DNA of 64,000 nucleotides from a virus. This document shows, one piece after another, positions 57,541-64,000 of this stretch. Positions within the stretch are counted from its first letter, which is position 1, and each line of letters begins with the position of its first letter. The notes beneath the pieces were generated by a model that was given only the letters and a program-made list of their open reading frames with translations, made no database searches and was not told the DNA's origin. The DNA is taken from positions 32,001-96,000 of the IMG/VR virus record IMGVR_UViG_3300020183_000012. One strand, given 5' to 3'. A program made the position numbers and the translations under genes.

Positions 57541-57903
57541 ATGACATTCATTCCCGCCAACTTTGATGCCATGCTGACCGATCCCGGCAAAACCGTTGCG
57601 AAAGACCCATGCTTCCGTTCATGCCGAAACATGGGTTTTCAGATGACCTTCTCCAACGGATGGATGATCTCCGTACAGTTTGGAGCGTTCAACTACTGCT
57701 CCAACCGCGACTTGAACGCAGACTCAACCATGTTTCTTGATGGGCCGAAGGGGACTCTGGAGTGCGCCAACGCCGAGGTTGCCGTCTTCAACCCTGACGG
57801 CGATTTTGTTCGCCCCGATGGTTTTGACTTTAGTGAAGATGTGAAGGGTTTTGTTAACCCTGACGAGGTTTCTCTTTTGGTTAGGTGGGTTTCTAGCCGA
57901 TAA
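57541..57903 (+). CDS. Conserved phage hypothetical protein
   Basis: GFQMTFSNGW.ISVQFG..NYC.N; AEVA; DV.GFV.PDEV. Confidence 0.75.
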   Translation: MTFIPANFDAMLTDPGKTVAKDPCFRSCRNMGFQMTFSNGWMISVQFGAFNYCSNRDLNADSTMFLDGPKGTLECANAEVAVFNPDGDFVRPDGFDFSEDVKGFVNPDEVSLLVRWVSSR

Positions 57904-57928
57904 AGGGTTCCTACAGAAAGGAACTCCT

Positions 57929-58219
57929 ATGGGCAAGATCAAATCATTTACATTAAATATAGAACCGGAAATCGTCAGTCAGACCTACCCTGAACTTACC
58001 GAAGCACAGGTCGCCGCCGTCATGGAAGAACTGATTCAGTACGAAACTGACATCTTTGACTTCATATTCGAGAAAATTGAAGAGATTGTTGAGGATACAA
58101 CCGATGGCGACGAAGAGGCGGATGATGATGACGAAGATGACGAAGATGACGACGACAATGACGAACCGTGGATGGATGAGGACGAAGACGAAGACGAAGA
58201 CGAAGACGAAGACTTCTGA
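57929..58219 (+). CDS. Extremely acidic small protein
   Basis: SD AAGGA; C-terminal ~38 residues almost all D/E. Confidence 0.7.
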   Translation: MGKIKSFTLNIEPEIVSQTYPELTEAQVAAVMEELIQYETDIFDFIFEKIEEIVEDTTDGDEEADDDDEDDEDDDDNDEPWMDEDEDEDEDEDEDF

Positions 58220-58261
58220 AAGTTTCATCCGCTGAATAAACTAATCGGACAAGGAGAACCC

Positions 58262-58564
58262 ATGACGAAGAAGATGACCGTGCACGAATCGTTGGCTTGC
58301 AACAATTGCCTCATCGCAATTACGATGCTCGACCTGTCGCTGAACGATGTCTACGGTGGTGGTGGTGCGAAGTCGATGATCCGCGAACTCGCCCCTGAGT
58401 TTTGCGGGAGCCACTACAACTCCGAACACATCACCGACCGTTGGGATGATATCAAAGAGATTCTGATGAATCTTGACATTCCTGACGATCATCAGTCGAA
58501 TCTCGCAGGGATGGCTGCGGAGGAGTCCATTCAGACTCTCCTGCTTGTCCGCGCTGTCGGTTAA
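58262..58564 (+). CDS. Hypothetical protein
   Basis: Repeat promoter + SD. Confidence 0.7.
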   Translation: MTKKMTVHESLACNNCLIAITMLDLSLNDVYGGGGAKSMIRELAPEFCGSHYNSEHITDRWDDIKEILMNLDIPDDHQSNLAGMAAEESIQTLLLVRAVG

Positions 58565-58668
58565 GACTTTGGGTTCTCCTCCCCATTAGACGGGTAGGTT
58601 CTTCTTCGGAAGTTCCTACCCGTCAACTTTACATCCGGGGAATAAACTAACTGTACAAGGAGAACCCG

Positions 58669-59124
58669 ATGAACTTCAGGTACAACGATGGAGGACGAGC
58701 CGCTGCCGGATACAAGGGACACACCGGAGACTGCGTGACTCGTTCGATTGCGATTATCACCGGGCTTCCGTATCAGGAGGTCTACGATGTCCTGTCGAAC
58801 GGATGCCGCACTCAGCGCATCACCCGTGGAGGTCGCTACAAGTCATCTGCCAGTAACGGAGTGAACACCAAGCGCAAGTGGTTCCGCGATTACATGGAGG
58901 CACTTGGCTTCCAGTATGTCGCAACGATGGGAATTGGCAGCGGGTGCAAGACCCATTTGCGTTCGGATGAACTGCCGAAGGGCCGTCTTATTGTGCAGGT
59001 CAGCAAGCATTACACCGCCGTGATTGACGGAGTAATCAACGATACCTTTGACCCGTCCCGTGACGGCACTCGTTGCGTCTACGGTTACTGGATTCACAAA
59101 CCCCTGTCCAAGATCACTGCCTGA
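58669..59124 (+). CDS. Conserved phage protein with Cys/His (papain-like?) motifs
   Basis: YNDGGR..AGYKG.TGDCV.RSIAI; HYTAVIDG.I.DT.D. Confidence 0.75.
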   Translation: MNFRYNDGGRAAAGYKGHTGDCVTRSIAIITGLPYQEVYDVLSNGCRTQRITRGGRYKSSASNGVNTKRKWFRDYMEALGFQYVATMGIGSGCKTHLRSDELPKGRLIVQVSKHYTAVIDGVINDTFDPSRDGTRCVYGYWIHKPLSKITA

Positions 59125-59150
59125 TACCTCTCACACTGGAGAACCTGACC

Positions 59151-59630
59151 ATGCAAATCAAGATCACAATCAACCTCGCATGCAACAACGCCGCATTCGC
59201 CCCGGACGATGCTAGAGGATCGAGCGTTGCGGCATACGAGGAGGTCATGCGCATCATCAACGACGGCACGATGCCTTGGGTCATCGAAACGGCACTTGAG
59301 ACGGCGACCGATACCGTCACCTCGCACATCGGGCGCATCCTGAAGGATGTGAACGGCAACACAGTCGGGCGCATCGATGCGGAGGTGCAGTCGGCGCGGA
59401 TGCACCACGCGGCGGAGATCCCAGCACCGTGCAGGAACGACTCGACACCAACAACGAAGACCGCGATCAGTGGATGGACCGATTCCGATCTGACGATTGT
59501 GCTAGAAGCCGCCTATCAGGCTCTGTCCGACAGTCGCACTGGAGCGTCCATTGCAGAGCGCATGGACATCAGTGACGATGAACTCGATGCGACCATCTTG
59601 CGCCTCCGCGCAGTGCTGTGGACTGACTGA
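59151..59630 (+). CDS. Hypothetical protein
   Basis: SD GGAG; NAAF..E..RI..; L.D.NGNTVG motif. Confidence 0.65.
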   Translation: MQIKITINLACNNAAFAPDDARGSSVAAYEEVMRIINDGTMPWVIETALETATDTVTSHIGRILKDVNGNTVGRIDAEVQSARMHHAAEIPAPCRNDSTPTTKTAISGWTDSDLTIVLEAAYQALSDSRTGASIAERMDISDDELDATILRLRAVLWTD

Positions 59631-59699
59631 CCGATGTACGCCGCCGCGTGAAAGAAAGTTTCATCCAATGAATAAACTAATCGGACAAGGAGAACACCC

Positions 59700-60035
59700 A
59701 TGACATTCATTCCCGCCAACTTTGATGCCGACCAGTACGAACTGTATACCCCCGACAACGGAGACCGGAGTCAGTCAGAGGATGCGGCAGCGAAGATCAA
59801 TAACATCATCAACTGTCAACTTCAGAACAACATCACGAATTGTCGCACCGCTGCGGTTGGTGCTGCCACGAAGATGCTCCGTGAGGTTGAGCGTCAGATC
59901 ATCGCACTTGGATATGAAAAGAAGTTTGGTGCGCTAGACACCGAGCCTCGCTACATCATCCGCCTTGCAATCGCCCGTAACATCCGCAAGTGGGCGGATA
60001 TGGAAGAATACGAGTTCAACACGGACTCATTCTGA
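59700..60035 (+). CDS. Hypothetical protein
   Basis: Repeat promoter + SD; first 10 codons identical to gene 57541. Confidence 0.7.
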   Translation: MTFIPANFDADQYELYTPDNGDRSQSEDAAAKINNIINCQLQNNITNCRTAAVGAATKMLREVERQIIALGYEKKFGALDTEPRYIIRLAIARNIRKWADMEEYEFNTDSF

Positions 60036-60067
60036 AACTTTCATCGGGCAAATAAACTAACTAGGCA

Positions 60068-60289
60068 ATGTTTCATCCTTCCCAACAGCACCGCAGAGGG
60101 ACTCCCGTGATTCAACTCCATGAAACTGTAATGGGTCAAAGGCTGATTCTTCGTGACATTCCGACTTTGGTTGACCAACTGGCTCTCCTCAACCGTAACC
60201 TTGAGGCGTTGACAATTCAACTTTCCTCACTCCGTGCAGAACAGAAGCCTAACACCGAGGCTGAAGTTTCATCGGAGAAAATGAAATAA
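60068..60289 (+). CDS. Hypothetical protein
   Basis: HET.MG.R....D.P.L..QL..LN motif. Confidence 0.6.
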   Translation: MFHPSQQHRRGTPVIQLHETVMGQRLILRDIPTLVDQLALLNRNLEALTIQLSSLRAEQKPNTEAEVSSEKMK

Positions 60290-60306
60290 TCAAACAAAGG
60301 AATCCA

Positions 60307-60573
60307 ATGCACGAAGAACTCATGACACTTGACCAGTATATCGAAGCCCTCAACGCCATGAAAAAGACGCATGGTGGGGACAGCCTGATCTTCGTCTTTG
60401 ATCGCTCGTTCAGCGATCTTGCTACTCAGGTTAAGAAGATGGGCAAGCGAGAGTTTGACCGTGAAATGTCGGACGATGATGTGGACAGCATCATCTTCTC
60501 CATCAACCCGAGTCCTGTTCACGATGCCATCAACGGCGCGATTGAGAGTGCCTTTGATTCGTATGTGAAGTAA
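60307..60573 (+). CDS. Hypothetical protein
   Basis: Repeat motif + SD AAGGA. Confidence 0.6.
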   Translation: MHEELMTLDQYIEALNAMKKTHGGDSLIFVFDRSFSDLATQVKKMGKREFDREMSDDDVDSIIFSINPSPVHDAINGAIESAFDSYVK

Positions 60574-60603
60574 ACTTTCATCGCAGGAATAAACTAACTG
60601 CGG

Positions 60604-60665
60604 ACTCGTCTGAGCGAGTATAAACAGGGTATTAGGCTCAGAGCGGCAGGGAAACCTGCTTTACC
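60604..60665 (+). ncRNA. Pistol self-cleaving ribozyme
   Basis: P1 ACTCG/CGAGT with loop TCTGAG pairing to CTCAGA (pseudoknot); ATAAACAG linker; P2 GGTA/TACC; TTAG; GCG; P3 GCAGG-GAAA-CCTGC; predicted cleavage 60660/60661. Confidence 0.88.
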
Positions 60666-60863
60666 GCCTCCCACGCCATGCAGAAAGTCCGGACTTTCAG
60701 CACCGCGTTCCAACTGTGGTGAATGCGCAGCCGCAGGGGAGAAAGAGCGTCGGCATCCTTCCCTCGCTCAAGGTGTTAAAAAGGGTGCGAACGGAACCCA
60801 CCGCAGCCCCACTAGACCCAAAGAGGAGAAATTCTCGCGGGAAAGGTGGGGCTGTGCGTTGGC
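60666..60863 (+). ncRNA. Uncharacterised multi-stem structured RNA downstream of the pistol ribozyme
   Basis: No ORF; helices GAAAGT/ACTTTC, CGCGTTC/GAATGCG, GAGCG/CGCTC, GGGT/ACCC, CGCAGCCCCACT/GGTGGGGCTGTG. Confidence 0.55.
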
Positions 60864-60908
60864 AAACTTACATCAGTCGAATAAACTAATTTCAGCAAGG
60901 AGGCTAAA

Positions 60909-61091
60909 ATGCTTGTAATCACCCGTAGAGAAGGCGAAGAGATCGTGATAGGTGAGCCACGCGCACCGCTTGGGATCATCCGTATTGTAGCCATCAAGGG
61001 AAGCCAAGTTAAAGTGGCACTTGAGTTCCCGAAGGAAGTCCCGGTGAACCGCCGCGAGATTGCGGAAGAGATCATCAGCGAAGAGGAGTGA
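60909..61091 (+). CDS. csrA: Carbon storage regulator CsrA homologue
   Basis: MLVITRREGEEIVIG..IRIV.IKGSQVKVALEFPKEVPVNRREI. Confidence 0.88.
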   Translation: MLVITRREGEEIVIGEPRAPLGIIRIVAIKGSQVKVALEFPKEVPVNRREIAEEIISEEE

Positions 61092-61095
61092 TCGA

Positions 61096-61317
61096 ATGAA
61101 AACCTTTCATGTGTGTTGGAAACTGAAGACGAGCGTGGTCACCGTGGAGGTGATTACGATGACGGGACGCGAAGACAGCATGGTGGAAAAGACCGCCATG
61201 CACAATCTCAAGCGCGACGGGGTCTTCATTGACAAAACTCGTCTTGAAAAACCGACCATCACTCTTGTCTACAGCGGGGAGTCAACAGCCAAAACTTTCA
61301 TCGGGCAAATAAACTAA
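61096..61317 (+). CDS. Hypothetical protein
   Basis: SD GAGGAG; ends within the repeat motif. Confidence 0.5.
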   Translation: MKTFHVCWKLKTSVVTVEVITMTGREDSMVEKTAMHNLKRDGVFIDKTRLEKPTITLVYSGESTAKTFIGQIN

Positions 61318-61333
61318 CCCGACAAGGACAGAT

Positions 61334-61555
61334 ATGCTTAGCATCACCCGTTCAGAAGGCCAAGAAGTTGTGGTCGGAAATCCTGCCGCACCGCTTGGAA
61401 TTATTCGGATTGAAAAGATCAAGAGCGGGAAGGTAAGGATAACCTTTGACTTCCCAAGAGAGATGCCTGTGCATCGCGCTGAGGTTGCAGCCGAAATCTT
61501 GCGTGATCGGGAGGCTCAAGACAAGGAGTTCATGAAGAGGACTTTCGGGGAGTGA
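61334..61555 (+). CDS. csrA: Second CsrA homologue
   Basis: MLSITRSEGQEVVVG..IRI..IKSGKVRITFDFPREMPVHRAEV. Confidence 0.85.
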   Translation: MLSITRSEGQEVVVGNPAAPLGIIRIEKIKSGKVRITFDFPREMPVHRAEVAAEILRDREAQDKEFMKRTFGE

Positions 61556-61598
61556 AACTTTCATCGGGCAAATAAACTAACTGCACAAGGAGAACCCA

Positions 61599-62141
61599 AT
61601 GCGACTTGTGATTGACGCAGAAACAAACGCAATCGACTTCAATGCTTGGAACAAGGGAGACAGTTCTTCGCTCAAGAAGATTCATTGCCTTTGCGCGATT
61701 GACGCAGACACCGGAGAGGAATACTCTTACGAAAGCGACACGCTGAACATAGGTCTGATCCATGTTTACTCTGCTGATATGCTGATCGGACACAACCTTG
61801 CGTTTGATATCCGTGCAATGGAGGTGTGGAGTGGAACACCGCTTCCCTCCCGGATCAAGAAGAACTGCACTTACAAGTCCGTTAAGAAGATGTTTCCCCA
61901 CGGCTTCCGCGAACACCGCATCACCAACCCTGATCGCAAGGGGTCGAACTCGCTTGAGGCTTGGGGATACCGCTTGGGAGTCCACAAGGAAAAGCCTCCG
62001 ATTGATTGGAGCAAGCCGGATCCGTTGATGCTTGGTTACTGCTTGCAAGACTGCCGTGTGACGCTTGCGCTGCATCGCCTCATCGAACGCCGCAAGAGAT
62101 GGGGAATGCTTTCCCCGCTCATTGAAACTTTCATCGGGTAA
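61599..62141 (+). CDS. Stand-alone PolA/T7-gp5-type 3'-5' exonuclease domain
   Basis: ExoI DAET, ExoII GHN..FD, SLEAWGYRLG, ExoIII YCLQD; no polymerase domain. Confidence 0.85.
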   Translation: MRLVIDAETNAIDFNAWNKGDSSSLKKIHCLCAIDADTGEEYSYESDTLNIGLIHVYSADMLIGHNLAFDIRAMEVWSGTPLPSRIKKNCTYKSVKKMFPHGFREHRITNPDRKGSNSLEAWGYRLGVHKEKPPIDWSKPDPLMLGYCLQDCRVTLALHRLIERRKRWGMLSPLIETFIG

Positions 62142-62168
62142 ATAAACTAACTGGACAAGGAGAGTCTC

Positions 62169-62444
62169 ATGTGCAAGTCAAAGACTGACATCAGCCCGAA
62201 GGTCGCAGAGAACCTCATCAGCGAGATCAACCGTCTGAAGGCGAAACTGGACATCGCACCGCGTGTCGCCGTGAAGGGAAACCCGGACTCGCAGATGGTT
62301 GAGGTTTCTCGTACCGGATTCGAGGACGCGCTTGACTGGATGGCGTTTATCATCCACCGTGCCTCTGAAACACCGGAGCAGCGCGAAGCCCGTGAGCAAC
62401 TGGACGAACAGAACAGCGTCTACAATCGCGGACTGGGAATCTGA
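62169..62444 (+). CDS. Hypothetical protein
   Basis: Repeat promoter + SD. Confidence 0.65.
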   Translation: MCKSKTDISPKVAENLISEINRLKAKLDIAPRVAVKGNPDSQMVEVSRTGFEDALDWMAFIIHRASETPEQREAREQLDEQNSVYNRGLGI

Positions 62445-62549
62445 GCCATCCTGTGTGGCGGGGTGCGGCAGTCCGAGCGGGCTGTCCACCCCGTCACCTT
62501 ACGAACTTGCATCGGGGAAATAAACTAACTGGACAAGGAGAACCCAGCC

Positions 62550-62789
62550 ATGATCGTCCACTTCGTCAAGTCCAACCCCGAATACCCGAACATGATCGTC
62601 TTCGTCTACGAGGACACCATCAGCCTCTGCAAGGGCAGCACTGGCAACGCCATCGTGACCGCTTGGGCTAAGGCTGACCGCTCCGTCCCGAACGAGGACG
62701 AGGTTCACGACATCATCAGCGACTTCATTGAGCGTTGGCAGGACGAATACAGCCCGAGCGAGTGGAGCAAGTTCGCACCCGCCACCTGA
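62550..62789 (+). CDS. Hypothetical protein
   Basis: Repeat promoter + SD. Confidence 0.65.
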   Translation: MIVHFVKSNPEYPNMIVFVYEDTISLCKGSTGNAIVTAWAKADRSVPNEDEVHDIISDFIERWQDEYSPSEWSKFAPAT

Positions 62790-62802
62790 CGAGGATCAAC
62801 CA

Positions 62803-63042
62803 ATGAACACGACTCCGCTCCGCGTCTCGTTCACCTGCCCCTGCTGCAACAGCGGGGGCTTCTTCAGTCCTGAGTTGAAGTCTTTCGACCAAATCGCGGG
62901 TTCCACCACCGATTGTGGGAACTGCGATGCCCTCCTCATCGTGACCCTGGACGGGACTGTCGCACCGTTCCATGAGTGGGTTAACACGGGAGATTACCGT
63001 TGGCCGAAGGACGGCAAGGGGACGAGTTTCATTACCGTCTGA
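62803..63042 (+). CDS. Small Zn-ribbon protein
   Basis: CPCC..CGNC; SD GAGGA. Confidence 0.65.
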   Translation: MNTTPLRVSFTCPCCNSGGFFSPELKSFDQIAGSTTDCGNCDALLIVTLDGTVAPFHEWVNTGDYRWPKDGKGTSFITV

Positions 63043-63085
63043 AACTTTCATCGGGCAAATAAACTAATCCGACAAGGAGAACCGA

Positions 63086-63364
63086 ATGACTTACAAGAAG
63101 GAAGGCTACATCTCGGTCGATAGCGGTCAGATCATGATCATCGACCCGTGCTACATCAAGAAGGACTTTGAGAGCGAAAGCACCGACAAGGCGGGTCTGA
63201 ACTACGCAGGTGCTTGCGCTGTCACCCTGTCGGAGAACCTCTGCGGTGAGTTCGGTGGCCTTGCGTTTGCCTCCTCCACCTATTCAGGTGACGGGGAATA
63301 CCCTGTCTATGTCAAGCGTGACCGCTACGGCAAGATTCTCTCCGTCAAGATCAAGTTTGCCTAA
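63086..63364 (+). CDS. DUF4241-like protein
   Basis: ISVDSGQIMIIDPCY..ST..GDGEYPVY. Confidence 0.7.
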   Translation: MTYKKEGYISVDSGQIMIIDPCYIKKDFESESTDKAGLNYAGACAVTLSENLCGEFGGLAFASSTYSGDGEYPVYVKRDRYGKILSVKIKFA

Positions 63365-63493
63365 TGGGTGCATCATGGGGCGTGGCAGGGATTCTCTGAC
63401 GAGATCCTGTGGCGGGTAGCCAACGGGTGCGTTCCTGACCACGCCCCTCCAATCTTTCATCGGGCAAATAAACTAATCGGGCAAAGAGAACCC

Positions 63494-63763
63494 ATGAACA
63501 CCCGAATCACCATCAAGGACTTGGATCGCGCTGTGATCGAACTGAACTCGCTCCTCGGCTACACGATGGGGCAGGAAGGATCGTTCTGCTTGCAGGGATC
63601 CTACGGCGGATGGCAACTTCAGCGCAAGTGTGGCATCGGAAACGAGGCCGTCACGAACGGATACATTCCGAAGCGCAAACTGTTTGACCGCATCACCGAC
63701 ATTCGACGGGGCGTACAGATCACCAAGAAGGTGCTGAATCTCAACGCCTACTACACGAACTAG
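63494..63763 (+). CDS. Hypothetical phage protein
   Basis: RITIKDL...LN; GSYGGWQL; repeat promoter. Confidence 0.7.
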   Translation: MNTRITIKDLDRAVIELNSLLGYTMGQEGSFCLQGSYGGWQLQRKCGIGNEAVTNGYIPKRKLFDRITDIRRGVQITKKVLNLNAYYTN

Positions 63764-63810
63764 CAACAATCTTTCATCGGGGAAATAAACTAATCCGACA
63801 AGGAGAACCC

Positions 63811-64000
63811 ATGTCGAACCAAGCAATGTACCGCGAAGGCGCACCCTGCCCGTGGGGAAAGATTCTTGACACTCAGAAAGTGGCTGACGGAATCCACTTC
63901 CTCAGCACCGCAGGACACGGAGGCTACCTTCTGTCCCGTGAGCGTTTCAATCAGATGCCCGAGCACCTACGCAACCTTTCGTTCACCTCCGATCAATACT
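63811..64000 (+). CDS. DUF7007-like protein, 5' part (runs off window)
   Basis: CPWG....VADGIHFLSTAGHGGYLLS..R...MP; repeat promoter + SD. Confidence 0.65.
   Translation, partial: MSNQAMYREGAPCPWGKILDTQKVADGIHFLSTAGHGGYLLSRERFNQMPEHLRNLSFTSDQY

Larger units (their letters stand above)
18309..63803 (+). promoter_or_regulatory. Dispersed family of ~40 promoter-like motifs TT(T/G/A)CATC-N7-TANNNT, often followed by ACAAGGAGAACCC-ATG
   Basis: TTNCATC starts at 18309, 26898, 34878, 35939, 36707, 37869, 40375, 41739, 41807, 42753, 44860, 45279, 47234, 48601, 49162, 49644, 51244, 51861, 52926, 54197, 54737, 55187, 55648, 56064, 56300, 57500, 58223, 58629, 59659, 60039, 60267, 60576, 60868, 61296, 61559, 62129, 62507, 63046, 63455, 63772. 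Confidence 0.85.

Noticed and set aside
60682-60800. RNase P RNA (GAAAGTCCGG motif)
   Set aside because: The motif is part of a local palindromic hairpin; no complementary P4 3' strand is seen and the region is too short.
54197-63803. Integron attC sites
   Set aside because: The repeats lack inverted R/L boxes and GTTRRRY cores, no integron integrase is present, and conservation follows a -10 promoter pattern.

Overview
Segment of a large (jumbo-type) tailed bacteriophage genome, probably infecting a Planctomycetota/Phycisphaerae-like host (inferred from a VPAPG-type PEP-CTERM tail and the style of the CsrA homologues). The left ~25 kb is AT-rich. It carries a tmRNA, a tRNA cluster, a LysM-lysozyme/holin/spanin-like lysis set and many unrelated proteins sharing an N-terminal 'NWYKxA/SQ' peptide. 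A repeat-rich, skew-switching non-coding block lies at 29.5-30.0 kb. The right ~30 kb is GC-richer and consists of small co-oriented genes, most preceded by one of ~40 copies of the promoter-like motif TT(T/G/A)CATC-N7-TANNNT. It encodes a RadA-like ATPase, UvsE, a MoxR/CobS-like AAA + vWA pair, two DUF932-type proteins, two CsrA homologues, a stand-alone PolA 3'-5' exonuclease domain and scattered tRNAs. Top candidate system: a lone RAMP/Cas7-like gene (51945-52583) followed by an array of 42-bp GAAA-hairpin repeats whose 'spacers' are strings of N-G-N-Y-N pentamers (GNY + variable NN), with two further orphan pentamer tracts nearby. This suggests a programmable, CRISPR-like RNA-guided system with a gapped code. 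Second candidate: a promoter-driven pistol ribozyme fused to an unknown ~195-nt structured RNA directly upstream of two csrA genes. All family assignments are from motif recognition by eye; no database search was run.
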